Position numbers and translations under genes: made by a program. DNA of 64,000 bases from Patescibacteria group bacterium (lineage in GTDB: Bacteria > Patescibacteriota > Patescibacteriia > PEXW01). Of the stretch, positions 56,642 through 64,000 are shown piece by piece. Position 1 is the stretch's first letter. Each line of letters begins with the position of its first letter. The notes below the pieces were generated by a model. It was given only the letters and a program-made list of their open reading frames with translations, made no database searches and was not told the DNA's origin. The stretch spans positions 103,202-167,201 of the forward strand of contig JBAYJA010000003.1 of assembly GCA_041665345.1 (NCBI GenBank). The letters run 5' to 3'.

Positions 56642-57238
56642 ATGGACAATGCACATCTCGACGCTTTCTTAAAACATCTGCAAGCCAAGCGTTTGCTCCT
56701 TCGAGTAAAAGAATATCAGGGTTCACCGCCTCACTTGCCGCGTCGCAAGATTTGGCTACTGACTTCGGTTAGTCCCGAGAAAACATCTCATACCAAGCCT
56801 CTCATTCAGGTAGTGTTTTCAGAATTCGTTACTGATGTAGTTAAGCCAATAATGACACTTGACGTGACATTAGGCACCATTTTGGATTTTGGTAAGACAA
56901 AGCAACATGGTGAGTTTTTTGACCAGATTTGGTCAGAATGGTCCCGAAACAACTTGTTGGGTCGTAATGTTACCCAAGAAGCAATACAGGTACGGCTTAT
57001 GCAAAATCCTGGACGGTCGGATTTCTCCTACCAATGCCCCGAGACGCTCTCGCTGTACTCGATTCAGCTTATGCTCTCATTTGGATCTTTACGAGCACTG
57101 CTTGTTCGTGAGATTGAGGGCGGATGGGGAGAGAGAGAAGTTGCACTCTCAGTGCTTTTCAAGCGATTCGATGGTTTTCTCAAAGAGTTGCAAAGTAATT
57201 GGAATACGGTTACCACGCAGCTCAAAATGATAGTCTAA
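56642..57238 (+). CDS. Fast-evolving cassette paralog P1 (198 aa), unknown function
   Basis: Shares with P2/P3 the N-terminal helix + (I/L)(I/L)VR motif and a C-terminal L..F.GF...I..G block; own terminator gacagtcctgcccgactgtc-ttttttt. Confidence 0.55.
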   Translation: MDNAHLDAFLKHLQAKRLLLRVKEYQGSPPHLPRRKIWLLTSVSPEKTSHTKPLIQVVFSEFVTDVVKPIMTLDVTLGTILDFGKTKQHGEFFDQIWSEWSRNNLLGRNVTQEAIQVRLMQNPGRSDFSYQCPETLSLYSIQLMLSFGSLRALLVREIEGGWGEREVALSVLFKRFDGFLKELQSNWNTVTTQLKMIV

Positions 57239-57404
57239 TATTACCAGACAGTCCTGCCCGACTGTCTTTTTTTTGACAAAAATATTCCCAAGGTGTTAAA
57301 TGAGTATTCGTACATTTACAATTCTCATAGGGCAATTTGGGAATATTTGATTTCACCCCTAAACCATAGCCGATGGCCCGTGCGCCTAGGCGATTGGAGG
57401 AATC

Positions 57405-57995
57405 ATGTCCACACCACAAGAAGATCCTAAGCTGCAAAAGCAGCTCGCATCAAGTTCACTTCTCGAGCTGGCGTCGACTAAAATTGTTGTTCGAACGCAC
57501 ACGGATGTTGAGTACCAGGATGCCGCATCTTTCGCTGCATGTAGAGAAGATCGCGCATTCTTTACAACTGAAGTTGTCTGCTTCGCAACTGCATTTACCG
57601 GAAAACCCGGCCTGCTTACCCGCGCAAGCATGGTTCTTGAAAGTAGATGTCATCCCGACCTTGCAAGTCGCATTGGCCTCCGCGTGTATGACCAGAGGAA
57701 AAGTGAAGATGTAGAGGAGCTTCGGGCCTACCTTGAAGATTGGATAGTACGTCGGCCAATTTGGTTGGAACCCTTGGCATCAGTCCATAGCCAGGCCAGC
57801 AATATTGTCCCAACGCACGTTCCTGTCGATGGCCGTTCAGTGCACCACTTACTCTGCTATGCAGCCATTGAAACTCGGCTACGTGCTATTCTTAGCCAAG
57901 ATGCCGCAATAGCATTGTCCTCTCGTTTCAGTGGGTTCTTTGATGCGAGAATCCAAGAATTACAGAGAAGCGGTCGTTACCTGCGGAATAGCTAG
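57405..57995 (+). CDS. Cassette paralog P2 (196 aa)
   Basis: Same promoter/leader/terminator architecture; terminator ggacagtcaatatcggctgtcc-tttttt. Confidence 0.55.
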   Translation: MSTPQEDPKLQKQLASSSLLELASTKIVVRTHTDVEYQDAASFAACREDRAFFTTEVVCFATAFTGKPGLLTRASMVLESRCHPDLASRIGLRVYDQRKSEDVEELRAYLEDWIVRRPIWLEPLASVHSQASNIVPTHVPVDGRSVHHLLCYAAIETRLRAILSQDAAIALSSRFSGFFDARIQELQRSGRYLRNS

Positions 57996-58192
57996 ATCTT
58001 TTCTCGTCGTTCACGAACGGCACGAAATAGAGGACAGTCAATATCGGCTGTCCTTTTTTATTTGACATGCTGCTACAAGCAGCGTTAGAGTAAGGCATTC
58101 GTTCATTCACAATCTTCTTAGGGCAGTTTGAAGATATTATAATCAATCTTAAACCATAGCCGACGGTAGAAACCTAGGCGACTGGAGGAAAT

Positions 58193-58729
58193 GTGACTAA
58201 AGAAAAAGATGCGTTGCTAGCCTTAGCACGCAAACAGATTATCGTCAGGTTTGCGATCACGTTGCATGAGAAGGAAATTCGGGGTGACCTCATTGTTTTT
58301 ACGGTCGTTCATTCCAAGGCAATACTCATCTACAAACGCTACAATCAGATGGGTCACACTTGGGAGCACAGTATTGATCAGGGCATGAGCACCTTTGATC
58401 TCAACATAGAACAGCGGCGCTCCGCATTTTGGAGTAATCTTGAGGGATTATCGAAGGCGTATACTTGTATTGATGCGTATTTTCCTGCGGAGCAGTTTGT
58501 TGGTCGGTTTACGACAGTGGATGCTAGTGGATGTGCGTGTTCGCCGTCAAGTCCATTTTTCCTGATGTGCTGCGCCTCGTTGTTCACTGAAATCGGCTTA
58601 GCAGCGTATCCAGAAACGTACATGAGCCGGGAAGAGCGTCATACTTTGCAAGATCGTCTCTCAAGTTTTATAGCCGATTACGTGAATCGAATTCGTCAAA
58701 CTGGATCGGCAATCTTTGTGAAGCAGTAG
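58193..58729 (+). CDS. Cassette paralog P3 (178 aa)
   Basis: GTG start after ctggagg; terminator ggacaggtctgcccacctgtcc-ttttttt. Confidence 0.55.
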   Translation: MTKEKDALLALARKQIIVRFAITLHEKEIRGDLIVFTVVHSKAILIYKRYNQMGHTWEHSIDQGMSTFDLNIEQRRSAFWSNLEGLSKAYTCIDAYFPAEQFVGRFTTVDASGCACSPSSPFFLMCCASLFTEIGLAAYPETYMSREERHTLQDRLSSFIADYVNRIRQTGSAIFVKQ

Positions 58730-58808
58730 GGGAATTTTTTAAGGACAGGTCTGCCCACCTGTCCTTTTTTTCGTACAAAAAAGGCGCTCCACACGGAACG
58801 CCAGCATG

Positions 58809-58988
58809 TTACTCACCTTGGTTTGCGGACTTTTTGATGATCCTCAGGCAAATCAACCAGGTGGCAATGATTGCGCCTACGCTTGACCAGACTACTGTTG
58901 TGTCCCAACTAGCTAGATAAGCCCCTAGAAAAAACAAGCATCCAAGGCATATGGAAATGTAGAGCATGCTTCTCTTACTTTTTTGCAT
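58809..58988 (-). CDS. Small membrane protein (59 aa), not in the ORF track (<60 aa)
   Basis: SD aggagaaaaa + ATG; MQKSKRSMLYISICLGCLFFLGAYLASWDTTVVWSSVGAIIATWLICLRIIKKSANQGE. Confidence 0.45.
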   Translation of the reverse strand: MQKSKRSMLYISICLGCLFFLGAYLASWDTTVVWSSVGAIIATWLICLRIIKKSANQGE

Positions 58989-59165
58989 TTTTTCTCCTCG
59001 TGAGCAGTGTTCATGGAATTTTGATTCACGCTAACATGTGAGAAGCGTATCGTCAATCCTACTAAAATAACGAATGGTTGCAGAAATACTCGGTATTAAA
59101 ATCGGCCTCATTTCCCAGAAAAAACTGACGGAAAAATTATTTTCCGTCAGGGGGGTTGCTGCCAC

Positions 59166-59396
59166 TTAGGCAAAAACGAGCATATCATCAACGAGCACTT
59201 CAATGGCTAATTCCTCGTTGCCAGTCAAATCAAGAACGAGTGAAGCAAAGTTTGCGTGCTCCCCGCCTATGGCCTTCATGATTGCGTGTTTCGCGGCTCG
59301 TTCCGCCAGGATGAGTCGGGCGTTTTCTTCTGGGTCAGTGGATCGCTGTTTTTCCGGGATCGTGCCCCGGCCGAAGCAGAGTGGGCAAGTATGCAT
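59166..59396 (-). CDS. Hypothetical small CxxC protein (76 aa)
   Basis: MHTCPLCFGRG...; terminator-like palindrome 59470..59510 further downstream, separated by about 0.1 kb. Confidence 0.35.
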   Translation of the reverse strand: MHTCPLCFGRGTIPEKQRSTDPEENARLILAERAAKHAIMKAIGGEHANFASLVLDLTGNEELAIEVLVDDMLVFA

Positions 59397-59772
59397 TTTT
59401 TCTCCAGTTCGTAAGTTTTTTGGTTTCGCATCAAGCCTATTCCTAAGGCTACCTGCGTGTCAAGGAGTGGTTTGGTCGATGAATAAAAAGACACTCTCCA
59501 GGGAGTGACCATGTTCGTTTCTCGTTTATTTCCCAATACCCACTACCCCCCTACGCTCAGAAGCTCCGGCGGGCGGGCAGCTCTACCCCTCGATTCGTCT
59601 GACTCACTCGGGGCTCCGACCAAAGCGTCGGAGCAGCTTTATACCTCTATACCTTCTTCTTTTGACACCCTCCCCTACCTCTGCTATTTTTTTAGCACAG
59701 CGATACCGGTCCTGAAGAGTCGCAGGATACACGGTTCCTGGCAGTCCTTTCCCCAGTTTAACCAACGCCGAT

Positions 59773-60135
59773 ATGGCCGAAGAGCAGTTTGAAGACGCGC
59801 AGTTTGTGGAGTTTGTGGTGAAGTCCATTGTGGACAACCCACAGGAAGTAAAGGTAGAACGCATTGTGGATGAAATGGGTGTGCTGTGCACGTTGCATGT
59901 GAACCCAGCAGACCTGGGTCAGGTCATTGGCCGCCAGGGGCAGACTGCCAAGAGCATTCGCACCTTGCTGCGGGTGGTGGGCGCCAAGAACCATGCCCGG
60001 GTGAACATGAAGATCTACGAACCCGAAGGCTACCGCAAGCACAAAGGGGAAATGGGTGGGAAGCGGATGGATGACCAACCCGCAGCCCCTGCTGCCGCGC
60101 CAAGTGAAGACCTGGCCGACGACCTGAAACTCTAA
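59773..60135 (+). CDS. khpA: KH-domain RNA-binding protein KhpA (UPF0109/YlqC) with an acidic/Pro-rich C-tail
   Basis: FVEFVVKSIVDNPQEVKVERIVDEMGVLCTLHVNPADLGQVIGRQGQTAKSIRTLLRVV. Confidence 0.8.
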   Translation: MAEEQFEDAQFVEFVVKSIVDNPQEVKVERIVDEMGVLCTLHVNPADLGQVIGRQGQTAKSIRTLLRVVGAKNHARVNMKIYEPEGYRKHKGEMGGKRMDDQPAAPAAAPSEDLADDLKL

Positions 60136-60252
60136 GTAATAAGAAAACTCCTGGTAGCACTACCGGGAGTTTTTGGTATAGACAGATTTTTTGCCTGGAG
60201 TATACTCATTTTGACATTGCCCTTTGGCGAACAGAAATCCTTGGAGGAAATC

Positions 60253-60279
60253 ATGTTTTATCCGGAAGATGGAGAATAG
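60253..60279 (+). CDS. Micro-ORF MFYPEDGE (8 aa)
   Basis: SD ttggagg 5 nt upstream; followed 1 nt later by the next micro-ORF. Confidence 0.35.
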   Translation: MFYPEDGE

Positions 60280-60280
60280 T

Positions 60281-60346
60281 ATGAAGCAGCTGCTCTATCC
60301 TGATGGCGGGGAGAAGCCACTGCGACACCCCGAAGACTCCGAATAG
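60281..60346 (+). CDS. Micro-ORF MKQLLYPDGGEKPLRHPEDSE (21 aa)
   Basis: ggag inside the upstream micro-ORF serves as SD; terminator agagcgaccaaatggccgctct-ttttttc follows. Confidence 0.4.
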   Translation: MKQLLYPDGGEKPLRHPEDSE

Positions 60347-60482
60347 GGTGAGACCCTGTTTAGCACATTCCGAAGAGCGACCAAATGGCCGCTCTTTTTT
60401 TCATCTTTACAAAAAGTTTGCTTTTTGCTACCTTTTGTTTATCGATCAGAGAAAAGAAATCCCTTCTTTGACTGGAGGTAGA

Positions 60483-60584
60483 ATGTCAAAAAAGTTCCTT
60501 GGTGCGGGCAGCGAAACGCAGAAGCTCTTTGATGCCAGTACAGGCTGTCACAGATCGCTCGGTGGCGGTATTGACGGCAGCTAA
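60483..60584 (+). CDS. Micro-ORF MSKKFLGAGSETQKLFDASTGCHRSLGGGIDGS (33 aa)
   Basis: SD ctggagg + tagaATG. Confidence 0.4.
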   Translation: MSKKFLGAGSETQKLFDASTGCHRSLGGGIDGS

Positions 60585-60705
60585 AGCCAAAAAAGCTGCG
60601 TCAGAACCCATGTTCATTATCAGGGCGTGCTAGCAATAGCCGCCCTTGATTTTCTATTTCTCAGGTGTAGTATGGGGATATCCAAACAAACATCGAGGTT
60701 GTGTA

Positions 60706-60738
60706 ATGAAAAAACTTGAACCTTCGGATGGAGGGTGA
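60706..60738 (+). CDS. Micro-ORF MKKLEPSDGG (10 aa)
   Basis: SD gagg; stop overlaps the SD of the next micro-ORF. Confidence 0.35.
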   Translation: MKKLEPSDGG

Positions 60739-60740
60739 TT

Positions 60741-60809
60741 ATGCGAGGTCAACTCCTTGACCCAACCATTGGCGGGTACCCAATGCGGGATCCCACTGAC
60801 GGCGGCTAG
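60741..60809 (+). CDS. Micro-ORF MRGQLLDPTIGGYPMRDPTDGG (22 aa)
   Basis: SD ggaggg; terminator agacggctactctctgagcagccgtct-ttttctt follows. Confidence 0.4.
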   Translation: MRGQLLDPTIGGYPMRDPTDGG

Positions 60810-60927
60810 AGCGAAGCGCTCAAGCCATACCTAGACGGCTACTCTCTGAGCAGCCGTCTTTTTCTTGACGCATTTTTTGGGTGATGGTAGACAGAGGGAA
60901 AGGAATGATACACATTGGAGGTAGAAA

Positions 60928-61350
60928 ATGCACATTGTTATTGAAGAGCATGGCGATTTGCTGGTTGTAGCAGTGGAAGGCAGATTGGAAAGTGGTCTTG
61001 AGGCGGCAGAATTGAGCAGGTATTTTTCCCAAGCGTTTCAGGCGAATCGAGGACTGATTGTTGACCTTTCTCAATGTGAGGAGCTTGGCCCGCCGGCCTG
61101 CAGCATTCTTGTATACTATGCGAGTAAGTACAAGACCGCGCAGCTCTTCCTCTGCCTGATCATTACACCAGAGCAAGAAGGATTGCAGCAGGTGCTTGCC
61201 TCGCAACTTTTCAATAATTTTTCCATCTTTGAGAATGTCGACTTGGCTGATGCTGCGTATGCGAAGAGTCCAGAGAAGCAGCGGGCCGATAACGCCCTCC
61301 TCAGGTACATGGCAGAGCGTGCGACTGATGCTGAGCTTCGAGGTGAGTAA
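60928..61350 (+). CDS. STAS-domain protein, paralog 3
   Basis: SD ttggagg; HIVIEEHGDLLVVAVEGRL...; terminator gggcgatcgaataccggtcgccc-ttttttt. Confidence 0.6.
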   Translation: MHIVIEEHGDLLVVAVEGRLESGLEAAELSRYFSQAFQANRGLIVDLSQCEELGPPACSILVYYASKYKTAQLFLCLIITPEQEGLQQVLASQLFNNFSIFENVDLADAAYAKSPEKQRADNALLRYMAERATDAELRGE

Positions 61351-61630
61351 TCCTGGGACACATACACCATGGGCGATCGAATACCGGTCGCCCTTTTTTT
61401 ATCCTTGTTCCCTCATTTGCAAAGATATATACTCTCGGCAGATCCTAGGAGGTCTCATGAAACGTATTGGGCTTGTTGATGGTGGTTTCTCCCCATTGCA
61501 TGAGGGAGACGACGGAGGGCAGCTCATTTTTGGGAAGCGGCTGGTGCATACTGGCCGCTTTTTCATATTCCCTTGACCCTGTTGAAGCTAGTTGCTAGGG
61601 TTGGGGCAAAGAAAACTGATTGGAGGTTTT

Positions 61631-61990
61631 TTGAAAATTAAAGTAAAAGCGCAAGGCCCACTTTTGGTCATAGCAATTGACGGCCGAATGGCCGTGCCAC
61701 ACGACATTGCAACCTTTGATGATCAACTGAGTGAAATTCGAAACGACGGTCGTGGAGTAATCATCGATCTCACCAAATGTGCGTGGATTCCTTCGTCGGG
61801 TTTAAGCATTCTCATTTACCAGTACAAGCAGTACCGCGGTGCGAAATTGCCAATTTGCATGGTCCTTGGTACCAACGATAAGATTGGCAGAATTATGGTC
61901 ATATCACGGCTAGCTGAAGTTTTCCAACAGTACAGTACTGTTGAGGAGGCTGCGGAGGGGATGACTTCAAGTTCTGATGCAAGGAAGTAG
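61631..61990 (+). CDS. STAS-domain protein, paralog 4
   Basis: TTG start after attggagg (the ORF track starts 13 codons upstream); LKIKVKAQGPLLVIAIDGRM...; terminator gggcgatccaatgtgggtcgccc-ttttttt. Confidence 0.55.
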   Translation: MKIKVKAQGPLLVIAIDGRMAVPHDIATFDDQLSEIRNDGRGVIIDLTKCAWIPSSGLSILIYQYKQYRGAKLPICMVLGTNDKIGRIMVISRLAEVFQQYSTVEEAAEGMTSSSDARK

Positions 61991-62055
61991 CAAGTCCTGC
62001 CTAACAGGTGAAAGTATTGTGTACGGGCGATCCAATGTGGGTCGCCCTTTTTTTA

Positions 62056-62133
62056 CTGTCATCCTGAGTCTTCGAAGGATCTCCAAAGTTTTTTACATTG
62101 TCTGGGGATCCTTCATATGATTCAGGATGACAG
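62056..62133. repeat. Palindromic element, copy 2 (same ~27-nt inverted arms as 55959..56043)
   Basis: ctgtcatcctgagtcttcgaaggatctccaaagttttttacattgtctggggatccttcatatgattcaggatgacag. Confidence 0.8.
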
Positions 62134-62171
62134 AGGGGAGGGCAGAGCCGCCAGTCTGCTACAATGGCAGT

Positions 62172-62819
62172 ATGCAATTCGACATTATTACCGTCATACC
62201 CGAAGCGTTTGGGTACCTGGAGCAGAGCATTCTGGGTCGGGCGCAGAAGGGCAAGAAAATCAGCGTTCGAATCCATGACCTACGGAAGTGGACCACGGAC
62301 AAGCACCGGACCGTGGATGACCGGCCGTATGGCGGCGGGCCAGGCATGCTCCTGAAAGCTGAACCACTGTACAAAGCAATTTCCGCGGTCAAGAAAAAGC
62401 GCGGCAAGGTAAAGGTCGTGCTGATGAGCGCAAAGGGTGAAAGTTTCACCCAGGCACTGGCTCGGAAGTGGACGAAGCTGGATCAGCTGGTCTTCATTGC
62501 TGGCCGGTACGAAGGCGTGGACGAGCGCGTGCTGCAGTACGTGGACGCAGAAATTTCCACGGGTGATTTTGTGCTGACTGGTGGTGAGCTGCCTGCCATG
62601 GCCATCATTGATGCCGTGGCGCGGTTGCTGCCTGGGGTGTTGGGCAAAGATGCTTCGAGTGCTGATGAGTCACACACGGAAGCTGGGCTCTTGGAGTACC
62701 CGCAGTACACCCGGCCAGAAGTGTTCAAGCGGAAGCGCGTGCCAAAGGAGCTCCTGTCTGGTGACCACAAAGTCATTGCCGCCTGGCGGCAGAAACACCG
62801 TACTCGGCGGAAGGTATGA
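62172..62819 (+). CDS. trmD: tRNA (guanine37-N1)-methyltransferase
   Basis: MQFDIITVIPEAF...RPYGGGPGMLLKAEP...FIAGRYEGVDERV...TGGELPAMAIIDAV. Confidence 0.9.
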   Translation: MQFDIITVIPEAFGYLEQSILGRAQKGKKISVRIHDLRKWTTDKHRTVDDRPYGGGPGMLLKAEPLYKAISAVKKKRGKVKVVLMSAKGESFTQALARKWTKLDQLVFIAGRYEGVDERVLQYVDAEISTGDFVLTGGELPAMAIIDAVARLLPGVLGKDASSADESHTEAGLLEYPQYTRPEVFKRKRVPKELLSGDHKVIAAWRQKHRTRRKV

Positions 62820-64000
62820 AAGTCGACGCGTCAGTTCTCCGCATCCGGCCATTCCGGTTGCTGTGGGCAAACCAAATTGCGGCAGGGTTGGCCACGAACC
62901 TGCTGACCTTTGCGTTTGTGCTGGCGGTGTACGAGCAGTCCAACTCCAATGCAGCGGTGGCAATTCTCGTGGGGTTCCAAAGTGTGCCGCCAATTTTGTT
63001 TTCCTCTGTGGCCGGGGTTATTGCTGATAGCTACGATCGCCGGCGCATCCTGCTCCTCATCAACCTGCTCCGCGCAGGGGTTATTGCGCTCGCTTTGGTT
63101 GTAGGTCAGTGGACCATTGGTATTCTCCTGGTGGCTTTTGGCATGCACGTTATCACCCAGCTCTTCACTCCAGCATCTTCTGCTGCCATTCCCCAGGTGG
63201 TGCCCAAGGAAAAACTTTTTGCTGCGAATTCCTTTTTCACCCTCACCACGTACGCGCTCTTCCTCGTTGGGTATGGTCTGGCCGCGCCGTTGGTGGATAC
63301 AGTTGGGTACCCCACGACCTACGCCATTGGTGCAGCGCTCTTCCTGCTTGGCGCCTGGGCAACGGCTCGGCTCCCCCACCTGGCAGATCACCTGACGCAG
63401 CTCACGGGCCCTCGCTTGGTGCTCATGCACCACTTGCGTCTGGTGTGGGTGAGGTTTGTGGAAGGTGTGCAGTACGTGCGGAAAGATGCGATGATCGCGG
63501 TTATCCTGTTGCAAGTGTCCATTCTCATTGCCGTGGAAAAATCTTTTGCCTCGCTCATGCCTTCCTTTGCTCTGGACTTCCTGGGGTACCAGGTACGAGA
63601 TATTACGCTACTTTTCATTGTCCCCACCGCGGTTGGCACCCTTGTGGGCGTGTGGCTGGCAAACCGGTTGAAGGAACGCGTGGCCAAGCATCGGCTGATC
63701 ACCTTTGGCATGAGCTTGGATGCGCTAGCTTTACTCTTGGCAGTGATTATTGTTCCGCTCACGCATTTCTTGCCAGACCTGATTCCTGGCTTCACCCCTG
63801 ATGGCGTTCGCTTAGGTCTGGTTGTACTGCTTGCAACCATGTCCGGCTTTGCGGATCCATTCATCCTCGTCTCCGCGCAAACCATTTTTCAGGAACGCAC
63901 ACCAAATGCTGAGCAGGGCCGGGTGTTTGGTTTGCAGAACACAGTCCAAAATCTTTTCGCCTTTGTCCCCGTCATTGCCATTGGCGCCCTCAGTGGTGTG
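62816..64000 (+). CDS. MFS-type transporter, partial (runs off the window end)
   Basis: ATG overlaps the trmD stop (ATGA); 12-TM-like hydrophobic profile; ...SYDRRRILL... loop motif. Confidence 0.6.
   Translation, partial: MKVDASVLRIRPFRLLWANQIAAGLATNLLTFAFVLAVYEQSNSNAAVAILVGFQSVPPILFSSVAGVIADSYDRRRILLLINLLRAGVIALALVVGQWTIGILLVAFGMHVITQLFTPASSAAIPQVVPKEKLFAANSFFTLTTYALFLVGYGLAAPLVDTVGYPTTYAIGAALFLLGAWATARLPHLADHLTQLTGPRLVLMHHLRLVWVRFVEGVQYVRKDAMIAVILLQVSILIAVEKSFASLMPSFALDFLGYQVRDITLLFIVPTAVGTLVGVWLANRLKERVAKHRLITFGMSLDALALLLAVIIVPLTHFLPDLIPGFTPDGVRLGLVVLLATMSGFADPFILVSAQTIFQERTPNAEQGRVFGLQNTVQNLFAFVPVIAIGALSGV

Noticed and set aside
63109-63801. 230-aa ORF in the last kb
   Set aside because: Out-of-frame overlap with the MFS transporter reading frame that starts at 62816; His/Cys/Arg-rich artefact.

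Overview
This 64-kb window reads as a compact bacterial chromosome segment of moderate GC, possibly from a small-genome or candidate-phylum lineage. Recognisable housekeeping genes (typA, pyrD, queA, tgt, rplS, ftsH, rpsA, gyrA, rpmF-nusB-rnc, smc, rpsP, khpA, trmD) are interleaved with accessory material that is unusual. The most notable findings are: (1) a 1028-aa homolog of the eukaryotic major vault protein (MVP), with the shoulder motif LSAGRPK and a coiled-coil cap helix; (2) a family of at least five structured repeats that always abut the CCA end of a tRNA gene or a tRNA 3' fragment, showing compensatory stem changes between copies; (3) a tRNA(Val-like) gene split into two halves by about 170 bp of intron-like sequence that itself contains a complete tRNA(UAU); (4) a 2636-aa kelch/FN3 surface protein next to a MacB-type ABC pair and a kinase-less HAMP sensor with two receiver proteins; (5) a cluster of nucleotide house-cleaning genes (MazG, two NUDIX, two nucleoside 2-deoxyribosyltransferase/DNPH1-like); and (6) the conserved rpsP-khpA-(rimM)-trmD-rplS operon broken up by inserted cassettes. 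The cassettes include three fast-diverging paralogs that share a promoter, a 45-nt leader and a terminator design, four STAS-domain paralogs, tiny DGG-ending peptide genes, and two copies of an ~80-nt palindromic element. No CRISPR array, rRNA or recognisable transposase/integrase gene was seen. All calls rest on reading the sequence and motif recall; no database search was run.
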